In this document: positions 1 to 16,037 of the stretch, one piece after another
How positions within the stretch are numbered: position 1 is the first letter of the stretch
Layout of the letters: the number at the start of each line of letters is the position of its first letter
Source of the DNA: the human T2T-CHM13v2.0 reference genome, Homo sapiens
DNA length: 64,000 bases
Direction: 5' to 3' (one strand)
Assembly: GCF_009914755.1 (NCBI RefSeq)
Contig: NC_060932.1
Made by a program: the position numbers and the translations under genes
The notes under the pieces: generated by a model
The model's input: the letters and a program-made list of their open reading frames with translations, nothing else
What the model was told of the DNA's origin: nothing
The model's database searches: none

Positions 1-199
1 TCCCCAATACATCATGATTCCCTCAGTAATCACGATTATTTCACTGATTACCTCAGACAATGTCCAAGTAACCGGGAGCACATTATGTAACTTGAAAAGA
101 TGTCACTGTAGGCTGAGTAAAAATTTCATCATTTATCTCCACCCACTGTTCCAGTGGCCCCAGTTCTGCCCACTGCGCCTGGCAGAATAAATTTAATTC

Positions 200-502
<303 letters not shown>

Positions 503-819
503 TCTAATTCTTTTTTTTTCTATTGCTGCTGCACAAATTAAAATTTTAATTCTTTAACAAGACCAAGCCCTCATCACAAAGACAGTTTTATTGTCCAAGA
601 GTCCCTTCCCTAAGCTAGACATCCCTCCTTCCTTCAAGCATTTTATATGATTTGTTTCCACAGCTTTCCCTATTTTGACAGTCTCCCCTGAATGTTTTCC
701 AGCTTAAAATGCTAGTCCCAAACTGAACATAATGCAGATTTGACCTTTAGCTATTAATTTTATAAAAGTAGCCTATACAGTTTTCAGCATCTACAATATA
801 CAATTGCCTTATTAAATGA

Positions 820-1122
<303 letters not shown>

Positions 1123-1256
1123 TAATGGAAACTTTTTACTTTGGGCTTCACATCATTCTAGTCTGGAGATGTGGAGAAAAAACTTTTATCATACAAATAA
1201 TAAATATTCATAGTAGAGAAATCAGAAAATAATAGAAAAATATTTAAAATAAAAAT

Positions 1257-2690
<1,434 letters not shown>

Positions 2691-2709
2691 TTTTATTTTT
2701 TTGTTTTGT

Positions 2710-3255
<546 letters not shown>

Positions 3256-3437
3256 TTAGTCAGGAATCCTAAGAACAACCTGCTTAGTGGAGTTCACTTA
3301 ACTCTGCTATCATCTAGTCATTATTTCCCCCATGATATCCACAGTGTATCACCAGTATCAATCACTCTGGATTATCACTCTATAAAATACCCGATTGAAA
3401 TCAAGATAATGTTACCCTAATAAGAGACTATCTTGGA

Positions 3438-4381
<944 letters not shown>

Positions 4382-4666
4382 TTAATTATGGAAATTAAAG
4401 TTTTTTAAATTGCCATACGCCAATAGAAAGTACTAATATTTTATTCAAAATGTGGATGATAAATTTAATTATTATTTGGTAAGACAGCTGATGACAGGAA
4501 ATATATGTTAGCATTCAAAGCCCCGTGGAAAATAAAATACCTTAGTAAACATCTACAATCACTGAGATCTGTTACTTGCTGTTCATATTAAGTATTATAC
4601 ATTATTAGGGGTCAAAAAGTCAGCAGCCCTTGCAAATCTACTCAATTCTTTTGTCCTTAAATCTCA

Positions 4667-5005
<339 letters not shown>

Positions 5006-5013
5006 CTATTTCT

Positions 5014-5303
5014 ATTTTTTTTGGATGGAGTCTCTTGCTCTGTTGCCAGGCTGGAGTGCAGTGATGCGGATCTCAGCTCACTGCAACGTCCGCCTCCCGG
5101 GTTCAAGCAATTCCCCTCCCTCAGCCTCCCAAGTAGCTGGGACTACAGGCGCGCACCACTACGCCTGGCTAATTTTTTGTATTTTAGTAGAGACAGGGTT
5201 TCACCGTGTTAGCCAGGATGGTCTTGATCTCCTGACCTCGTGATCCACCTGCCTCGGCCTCCCAAAGTGCCGGGATTACAGGCATGAGCCACTGCACCCA
5301 GCC
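5014..5303 (-). mobile_element. AluSc-like
   Basis: Antisense Alu flanked by aaattctatttc duplication. Confidence 0.88.
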
Positions 5304-5420
5304 AAATTCTATTTCTTTTAAGGAAAACAATTACTATAATTTATCATTTATTTATGTATTTTTTAAAAATGTTTTTTCCTCTTCAAGCTTAACCCCTTTA
5401 AAAAAAAAAAGCCATTCTTG

Positions 5421-5745
5421 GGCCAGATGCAGTGGCTCACGCCTGTAATCCCAGCATTATGGGAGGCTGAGGCAGGCGGATCACCTGAGGTCAGAAGTTC
5501 GAGACCAGCCTGGTCAACATGGTGAAACCCCGTCTCTACTAAAAATACAAAATTTAGCCGGGTGACGTGTGCCTGTAATGTCAGCTACTCTGGAGGCTAA
5601 GGCAGGAGAATCGCTTGAACCTGGGAGGCAGAGGTTGTAGTGAGGCCCAGAGAGCGCCACTGTACTCCAGCCTGGGAGACAGAGCAAGACCCTGTCCCCC
5701 GCCCCCCAACCTCCCCACCCCCCAACCAAAAACAATAAATAAATA
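5421..5745 (+). mobile_element. AluS with C-rich tail
   Basis: Alu dimer; TSD AAAAGCCATTCTT at 5407-5419 and 5745-5757. Confidence 0.9.
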
Positions 5746-7173
5746 AAAGCCATTCTTATCCAACTGCTCTCTTCTTATTCCTGAATACCAAATAAGTTCT
5801 CTAAATAGATCAGATCCCTTTTCCCCCTCACAGCATGTGTATATCTTGTGGCATTTCCCATGTATTGATAGGAAAGGAAATATATTATAGTTTTCTGTAA
5901 GCATTCTCATATTCTCTAGCATATGCCTTGTACACAATAGGACCTAATAGATATCTGTTTAAATAAAAGTGACTTACCATACTTACAGTGTTGTAATTTG
6001 AAAAGTAAAAGACATTTAGGCTATAGAACATTTATAGCTATACTAAAACTACTTGAAATAATGAAAATTCTGGTGCTTGAAAAACTATTTGTCCACCTGA
6101 AACTAAGCTCAGCTTATGGTTCAGAATTCTTTGAACTGCTTGGAATATAGAATCACTCTGATGCTGCATTTCCTTATGAAGAGAAAAGGGAGGATAAGAA
6201 ACTTTCCTTCCTACACTCTAAACTAGAGAAAAATGGTAGTACCTAATTCTATAGGTATGAGGGGAGATAGCCCAGCCACACTGGAGTCCAAATATCACAG
6301 GTAATTCACATTTTTTTCAGACAAAACAGGAAGTGTCAAAGTCTTATAAGACACCTAAAGAGAAATTAAGGAATATATATTCAATTAAATATATATGAAT
6401 AATTAAAATAAAGTTCTGCATTTATGTAACTTATTGAGCTGAAAAAAGTTTTATTCAATATCATCACTAATCAGGTATTTTGAGTATAGACGTCTTAATA
6501 CCTTTGAAAATCATCTGAACTGGCTGCAAGAAAATTACCACTCATGGAAGAAACCTACGCAAACAGATGAAAGGCAGCTTTCATCAGCTTTACACGGACT
6601 AATCGCCTGATATATGGAACTTTTAATGACTGGTTTCAAGTAACTATTACGAAGGTGCACACCAGGAAACTCACAGAAACAGCTCTAATTGCAGTATTTT
6701 CATTCAAAAGAACAGTTAAATGAGCTGCCAACTGAACTGAAGAGCCTCAAATAAGCTAGGGGTGGGCCACGGAGTCAATTTAGGTTTTTATTTCATCAGG
6801 TTTCCTCTCTTAAAATTAGAGGTGCTGTAGCTGTTTCAAAAGTCCTAAGGGCACTGAGAACTACTTGCATCTGCTCAAAGATAACCCAAATGTTATCCCC
6901 TGTGTCAAGATTTCCAACCTCTAATTACCTCACAGAGCTGTGAAGGTTAAAACAAATGAACAGAGGTGAAAGTGCTTTGTAAGTTAAGTCTATCAACAAA
7001 TGCATTGTAATTATTCCTACTCACATTTTCCTCTATGCTATACATTTAGGCCGTTTATTATTTTGTACTTAAAAAAATGCATTGCATTTGTTTCTATGTC
7101 CTTCAAGGTGCAATCAATGGTAATGCGAATAAATTATACTGTACAACATATATATAATATATATTATATATAA

Positions 7174-7516
<343 letters not shown>

Positions 7517-8132
7517 TGTGATTATACTCTTAAGATATTGCTTCATGTACATTTCCAAGAGCTCAGAGATCCAGGATATTTAAGTATTGCATGTCCATAT
7601 TATTTTATTTGCATCATTTGACAGCAGATATTCTCAGCGGTGTTGAGAGGAAAAGGGAAGGGCACTGCATTTTCTTGTCCCATGGAAATCCCAACAAAAG
7701 CCAGGCTGTCAAATGGAGATCTACTAATGCCATTTGACCTGCTTGTTGGGGGCTTCGACAGCACAACTTCTGCCATAGTTTCTCATAAAATTGGAGTAAA
7801 AAAGCAACTGCAGGTGCTAGTGGCTCAAAAATGAGGTATTGTACCATCACTTCAGTTTGGAAAGAGGCTGGTCTGATTTATAACTCCAGAAGATAAACAG
7901 GAAACAAAATTTCCTACTTGGGGAGATGACATAATACCTCAGTCCTGAAAATGAATTCCAAAATCAAGGACTTCTGTTCTCCAACTTTTGTTGTTCACAG
8001 TCAGTGATTATCCAGAACTAAACAGTGCTGCTGATTCTGTCCAACCATACAGGCTCTAAACTGAAGCCCAAGCAGTTGTTGCTTGGACATGAGGAGCCCT
8101 GAATTTTAGTTCCAATTCTGTTACAACAACTG

Positions 8133-8692
8133 TGTAAAAGTAAATAAAATTCAAACGTTTTTAGAACCTCCAAAGCACCTTAAGCCTTGAAAGAGATATG
8201 ACTATGATCTGGGTCACGTAACATGTTTACAATTCTGTTTCTTAGATTTTTAGCTTAACTCTTCCTCATTGTTCTTGTTCTATAAACAACTAAAAAAAGA
8301 CTAAGTCTTTTTTTTAAAAGAGACCAGATCTCCTCCTTCTAATTGCTGATTTTTATTACAGATTAACTGCCTCCTTTATTGTCCTGTACCTAACTCAGAC
8401 CAGATGGTGCCCCAAACAGGGGTCTCATGACAGTTACATTCTTTCTTCCCTAAAAAACGCACCTTGACTAATCAGATCATTATAACTGTACATTAAGCCT
8501 TACATTAAGATATTAAAATTCTGTTAAATGTCCCTAAATTTTGTCTATATAAACAATCCCAAATGTCTATACTGACGAGCACTGACTTCCATGCTTTTAA
8601 ATCTGTCCTTTCCCAGGTGGCCTGTCCTCAACCTTTACACTTAAACTCTCTTTAAACTCGATTTTGACCTTTTAAATTATTTTAGGTTAACA
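8133..8692 (+). mobile_element. Solo ERV1 (MER4-group) LTR inserted into a MIR fragment
   Basis: TG...CA termini, 560 bp, 4-bp TSD ACTG at 8129-8132 and 8693-8696. MIR-like sequence on the left flank. Confidence 0.8.
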
Positions 8693-9139
8693 ACTGTGAC
8701 TTTATTTCTTCACTTCCTTCTACTGCTAAATTTCTCTGATTCAGAGTTTCGGAATAGAGAAAAAGCCACATCAAAGCTAACATTAGAGTGGTTATCAGTG
8801 AGAAGCTGGACTGGCAAAACCAGACCATCACCCTCCCTAGGACACAGTTTCACAGTTTCAATTCTTTCAAGTATGAATTACTTTAACAAGAAAAATAAAG
8901 CCAATACTTGCTTCCTCTCTCGATATGCAAACTGAGCTTCAATGCCCGGTCAATGCCCATTCTCATCTACCACCCAGTCGCTCAGTTTCCTGACGGTGCC
9001 TACTCCGGAGGCACCTACACTGACCTAAGTGGCATGACTGGCATGTCAACTGCTAAACACTCTCACTACACCACAAATTTCCTTCTTGAAAAACAGATAT
9101 TGCTCAAATTAATGTTTATAAATTTTTAAAATTTATTTT

Positions 9140-10045
<906 letters not shown>

Positions 10046-10359
10046 GAATGAATTCCTTTCAGTCAGGAATCATATCTTATTACTGTTAGTAGTGCGCAGG
10101 GTCTTACATGTTGTAGTGGCCACTAAAGGTTGTTTACATTAAACCCAAAAACAAGGTTATTAAATGTATAGAACATGGGATGTAATCTATTTCATGGTAT
10201 CCTGTAAAATATGAAAAGAAGAGTTACTAATACTCGGTTTTGAACTGTTTAAGATTCACAAAAACTGAACCCCATCCATCTTGGAAACTGTGCAGTGTAA
10301 CTGATAGAAGTTTGCAGAGAAACTGGCTTTGCTATTGCTCAGCTGGCTACATCTTATTG

Positions 10360-10610
10360 AGCAGTATCTTCAGACAGCAAACAAGCACAAGTTCCAGAGT
10401 CAGACAGCCCTGGACTTACATAAAGTTTCAGTCTCAGCTTCCTCATACGTAAAAGGCATTAGGTTGAACCATATCAAACTGCCACTCTTTTTTGGGGCGG
10501 GTGTGGCAGGGGAAGTGCTTTGCCTTGTGAAGTTTATAATGAGATAATGAAGGTAAGGCATTTAGCATACTGCTTGGCACATCATATAGGCTCTCAGTAA
10601 ATGGAAGCTA
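10360..10610 (+). mobile_element. MIR (degenerate)
   Basis: gagtcagacagccctgg, ctcagcttcctcat and agcatactgcttggcacat MIR core motifs. Confidence 0.55.
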
Positions 10611-11446
10611 CAGTGTTTGGTTAATATTATTAACAACCGCCAAGGAATCATGATAAAACTAGCCATGTTTTGATATGATAAAAACTAGCCATGCCTGCCC
10701 CAGAGCTGCTCCACATAGCATCTCAAACTCTCTTTAATCACAGCTCTAAGTATGTGTTCCCTGGGAAGACAGGATGCAATCTGGAGCACTGTCACACAGG
10801 ACATGCCCTCTTTAATCTGATAAGCAGCTGTGGGTGAGAACTAGCCTCCAACTAACCGGAGTAACCAGACAGCTAAGACAAGTTCAACTCACCTCTCCTC
10901 AGGCATTTCCAAAGCTTTCAGGGAAGGAAAAAAAATAAAACACACAGAGAAAATAGAAAAATAGGAAATTCCGGGACTTCCTGGAACAAAGGAGAGAATC
11001 TCAGTGTCTTTTTACCCCAAGGCTTACGTAGAAACTCAGCAGCCACATGGCTTCTGCAATTACTCACATCCAAAAAGTTTTTACTAATTTCTTTCATCAA
11101 AGGTAACTGGAATTACAAAATGAAACCTCCAGAACAACGTAACATCATGCACAAAAGCACTGTGGATATGCAGCCAAGCTTGAAAAAGGAGACTTTAGGT
11201 CCATTGTGTCAAAGCCTTGAAAACCGGGGCCACTGGAGGAAGGGTGCTCAGGACGGCACAACCACAGTCGCTCCAGTAGGGCCAGCATCTTATCTGCCCA
11301 TCTAAAGACAAGCTGCATGTGAGTCAGGAGTAAGTCAATGTGACATATACTCACTGACTTCATTCACTTGCCTACAAGATTATACGTCACTTAAAAGTGC
11401 TAGAGATTCGACAGAAATAACCTGATAAGGAATGTAGGAACTCTAG

Positions 11447-11846
<400 letters not shown>

Positions 11847-11965
11847 TGAAAAAAAGACCATTGAGAATACTTCAGGTAAGTTTTTTTTTTTTTACACTTA
11901 CAAAATGCTAAATGATCAGGGGTCAACTATCAAGTGGTACTCTGTAAGGCAACCTTAAAAACTCA

Positions 11966-12270
<305 letters not shown>

Positions 12271-12519
12271 CCCCACTCAATGCTGTCTTGGCAGTTTTCA
12301 GTGCTCAATGAGAAAACCTACTCTTAATGGAAAAAAAGTGGGGGAAAGGGGTTCCAGGAACTACAAAGCAAAGTGTGTCTTGGGAAGTTAGCTTTGTTGC
12401 ACTCCAAATAAAAATTTGGCATTGGGTGGTAGTTATGCATACTCTACGCATCGACAATTCTCTAAGGACTCCAAAGTGCATGTCCTGGAAATTCCAACAT
12501 ATTTGCACTACGTTCCAGG

Positions 12520-12955
12520 TACACTAGAATGTTTATAGCCATGTTCTGAGTGGCCTCAGTCTGAACAAAATGCCCAACCAGAGTAGAATGGATTCACTGT
12601 TCTATTCACACTGGAATACTAGGCAACAATTAAAATTACCTATACATACACAGTACACCAATTTAATACTGATTGAAAACCACAAAACAACACACTGTGA
12701 TCCACCCGCAAAAGTTCAAAAACAGGCAAAGGAAAACGACATCGCATGCACACATAGATGGTAAAGCTGTAAGGAAATGATCACACTAGTCAGGCTAGGA
12801 GACAATCAGGCTCCGAAAGGAGCACAGGGCATGGGTGAGAAACTCCTGGGGTGCCGGTAATGCCCTTTTCGTTTTTATCTGGGTGTTTTATTAATTCTTC
12901 TTTAAACGTGTATGTCGTATGCACTTTTCTGCGTATGCTATATCTGTTAAAAATT
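12520..12955 (+). mobile_element. Ancient L1 (L1ME-like) 3' fragment
   Basis: Degenerate L1 3'UTR motifs (gaatgtttatagc, aaaagttcaaaaacaggcaaa, tgcacttttctgcgtatg). Confidence 0.55.
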
Positions 12956-13136
12956 TATCGGCAGCCCAGCAGACAGATTCGTGCCTCTAAAGAGGTGGAA
13001 GCTCCAGAACGATCCGCCTCGCCATTAAGCGAAGGCAACTCCGAACGCTGAGAAACGCAGGCCCGGGGTCGGCCGGTGTCCTTACGGATTGGCGAGCGGG
13101 CGCACACCCCTCCTGCATTAAGGAGAGTTCTCAGGG

Positions 13137-13215
13137 TCACGCTCCGAGCGACCCTAGAGGGAGCGGCGGTGTCCTCGCCGCCGCCAAACCCACCTAGAGC
13201 CGCTCTCCGCGTCGG
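13137..13215 (-). ncRNA. MIR4469: MIR4469 precursor hairpin in RNF170 intron 1 (mature arm about 13143-13164)
   Basis: On the minus strand GAGCGGCUCUAG pairs with CUAGGGUCGCUC and GGCGG with CCGCC over 79 nt. It contains GCUCCCUCUAGGGUCGCUCGGA, which I recall as mature miR-4469. Whether it is a genuine miRNA cannot be judged from sequence. Confidence 0.8.
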
Positions 13216-13423
13216 CCCCTCCACCGTCGCCGGCGACTCCGGACAGCCGCGGGGCGATTCTGGGGCTTCCAGACGAGGGAGGGGCCCGGGGGGAAGGAGG
13301 CGGCGACTCCCGCCGCCCCGCAGAGCCTCGGCGGCCAGAGCTACCCCAAGAAGGCCAGACCCCGCCGTCCGCGGCTCCGCGGGCCCCGATAGGGTGGGCG
13401 TGGCCGCCGCGCGCCGGACGTAC

Positions 13424-13550
13424 CTCTCCACCGCGAAGGAACTACCTCGCCAGTTCCCGGCGACAGAGGACAGATTATTTCCAGGACCGCTCCCGCCACC
13501 CCTCCCGGGCAACCCACTAGACGTCCCCTTTCTAATTTGGAGTGCGGGTG
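13424..13550 (-). other. RNF170: RNF170 exon 1 (5'UTR); 5' boundary approximate
   Basis: Minus-strand donor GAG|GTACGT (GT at 13423-13422) inside the CpG island, with no ATG in the exon. The TSS cannot be fixed from sequence alone. Confidence 0.75.
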
Positions 13551-13680
13551 CGGGCGCACGCGCACTGCCGAGCTTCCGCGAGGGCGCGACCGGACGGCGG
13601 AGGAGGACCCGTCGCCGCAGCCTCCAGGGCGGAGCGCGTGCTCGCCTCGACACGCAGCGAACTGGTGGCGGGGGCGCGCC

Positions 13681-13688
13681 CGGCGGCA

Positions 13689-13716
<28 letters not shown>
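13681..13716 (+). repeat. (CGG)2 CAG (CGG)9 trinucleotide repeat between the two first exons
   Basis: Read directly: cggcggcag then nine uninterrupted cgg (13690-13716), followed by degenerate cgcggcggcg. Confidence 0.95.
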
Positions 13717-13719
<3 letters not shown>

Positions 13720-14071
13720 GGCGGCGCGGGTCGGCCGGGGCGCGAGCGTGCGCAGTGGCTCCTCGGCCTCGGCTCCAGCCAGGGCGGCGGCGCTGGGGAG
13801 GAGCGGTGTGGGCGGCCGGGGGCGGGGACGCGGGGCGGCGGGCGTGTCCGAAGTCGCGCGCGGCTGGCGCGCGGTCCCGAGTGAAAGGAGAAGGAGGGGC
13901 GCTGGGGGTGACGGTGCGGAGCCGCTGCCAGCGCTGGGCGAGAGTCGGCGGCCGGATCCGAGGAGCAGGCGGGCCTGAGGCCGAGTCAGCTGCGCGGGCC
14001 CCCGGATCCCCCGACAGAGCGGCGGCGGTGTCTGGCCAGGCGGTAGGCGCTGCCTGGCCGCGGCGGGGAAG

Positions 14072-14128
14072 ATGTTCAGCGTAGAGTCGCTGGAGCGGGC
14101 GGAGCTGTGCGAGAGCCTCCTCACTTGG
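14072..14128 (+). CDS. HOOK3: HOOK3 coding exon 1 (MFSVESLERAELCESLLTW)
   Basis: ATG at 14072 (AAGATGT), recognised HOOK3 N-terminus, donor TGG|GTACGT, phase 0. Confidence 0.97.
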
Positions 14129-15677
14129 GTACGTGGGGGCCGCGGGCCGGCGGGAAGACCCCCTCCCCCCGCCACCTACCGGGACCCTCCACGCGCGGCC
14201 CGTGGGGCGAGCGCTGCGGGCGACGGTGCCGTCACATCCGGGGCCTGGGGCGGGCGGGGCGAGGAGGCTCGGCCCAGGGTCCGAGAGAGACTTGCCGGGC
14301 CTGAGGCGTCGCTGTTCCGGGCGGACCCCGGCCGGGGCTGGGCTGGGAACGCGGCGGGCGACTCTGGGATCCGTGCGGCTGCTCGCAGCTGGGGCTGCGC
14401 TGCGCTCTGGGGGTGGCCGAGCCTGACTGCCCCGCGTCCAGGACCCGCCGCCGCTCCTCGCCTTTGTTGCCGCGTTCGCGGAGGACGGGCCCGGCTCCGG
14501 CCCGGGAACTGAAAGGACCTGTGAGGGAGCGTGGGGAGAATGCGGGAGGCGCCCGGGGACCCCGTTTCGGATGCAAGGCACCGCTGGCGGTGGGAGTGCG
14601 CGAGGGGCGGACGCCTGTCAGAGGCGTCGGGCAGACGTTTAAAGGAGTCTGGAGGTGTCTGGGCGTCAACAATGGAACTCGAAGGCCTTGGGGGACAGAG
14701 TCGTGGGATTCTGATTTTGAATTCTTAAACGGTTTTAGATTCCTCATACTTTGAAGTAAATACATGTTCACCTCTCACGTCAGCTGCCGCGCCTTCCTGA
14801 AGCCGGGTCTTCAGGACGCGGCAGGGGAACCGACGCCCGGGTTCCAGTCGTTCTCGCCGCGGCGCGGCCGGGGAGGGGGAGGGATGCGCAGAGCCCGGGC
14901 GGACCCCGCGCTGCCTTCGGGAGCCTCCGTTTCACTCATTGCTGAGAATGTTAATTAAATGTTTACGGATGTGTTTATGAAGGCTACTACAGCATTTGTA
15001 TTACTTTTAAAGGTAAAACACGAATGTGAGAGAAATTCTCTTTAGCGGTGTCTTGGGTTACGAGTCAGGATCCCTGGAGTGTAGACGTCACGATCCTGTG
15101 CAAGGCACTTTGCTGGAAAGGCTGGAGAAGTATTGCCTTACGTTGGTTGTTAAAAAAATTAATAAAAATAGTCTGAGGTTTTTATAGTTTGGCTACGTCA
15201 CGAATCAATTTCTGTCCTCTGAAACAGACTTGGTAGAGCTTGAGTAGCCAGTTGCATATCAGACCATTTAGGGGATTTCAGATCGTTAGCAGTAGTATGT
15301 AGTTAGCGTGCAGCTTACCCTTCTGATGAGTTCTCCCTCCAGGCAAGGAGATGGCTTTCACTGCTGTATTTCAGAAAAGAGGAAGACTGGTAAGTTGTAT
15401 AATGTGGCTGAGGTTTCTGACTAGGCAGGGGAGAGAGAGAGAGGAAAGAATTACTAAATTCTTTGATGTTGTGGAAGGAATAGATTTGGCAGAATCTGTA
15501 CATCTGTAAACAGAATGCTGAGGAACTTAAGATTTAAGTTTTTGAGACTGTGCAAGTAGTGCTTCCCTTTATGCTAGAAGAAGCAGCCAGAAGGCAAAGA
15601 TGAAGCTAATTGAATCTAAGTAGGGCTACATTGTTTAAAATCTAGGGAGAAAGAAGACATGGAAATAAAGAGGTGTA

Positions 15678-16037
15678 CAGAGGCTCCTTAACTTGCGATG
15701 GGGTTACATCCCGGTAAACCCATCATAAGTTGAAAATACCGTAAGTTGAAAATGCATTTCATACGCCTAACCGTCCAAACGGTAGCTTAGCTTGGTCTAC
15801 CTTAAACGTGCTCAGAACACTTACCTTAGCCTACAATTGGGCAAAATCATCTACCACAAAACGTGTTTTATAATAAAGTGTTGAATATCTAATGCAATTT
15901 ATTGAACACTGTACTGAAAATGAAAAATATAATGGTTGTATGGGCACTCAGAGTATGGTTTCTACTGAATGTGTATCTTGCATCATTGTAAAGTTGAAAA
16001 GTCTTAAGTTAAACCATCCTAAGTTGGGGACCGTCTG
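15678..16037. mobile_element. Tigger-family MITE, MER47A-like
   Basis: CAG...CTG terminal inverted repeats flanked by TA duplications; about 360 bp. Confidence 0.85.

Larger units (their letters stand above)
12960..14935. promoter_or_regulatory. CpG island and bidirectional promoter shared by RNF170 (-) and HOOK3 (+)
   Basis: Very high GC and CpG density containing the two divergent first exons. NRF1-type GCGCACGCGCA at 13554-13564, GC box GGGGCGGGG at 13819-13827, no obvious TATA box. Confidence 0.93.

Noticed and set aside
7614-7850. Overlapping 78-aa and 64-aa ORFs in non-repetitive sequence
   Set aside because: No recognisable protein similarity, poly-A tail or TSD to support a gene or processed pseudogene.
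10650-10693. Short direct repeat ATGATAAAA(A)CTAGCCATG twice
   Set aside because: Simple local tandem duplication with no supporting context.
13076-14771. Long ORFs in the CpG island (300, 349, 180, 179 and 146 aa)
   Set aside because: Low-complexity Arg/Gly/Pro/Ala translations in several overlapping frames, mostly with non-ATG starts, as expected in GC-rich DNA. Only the first 19 codons of ORF 14072 are real (HOOK3 exon 1).
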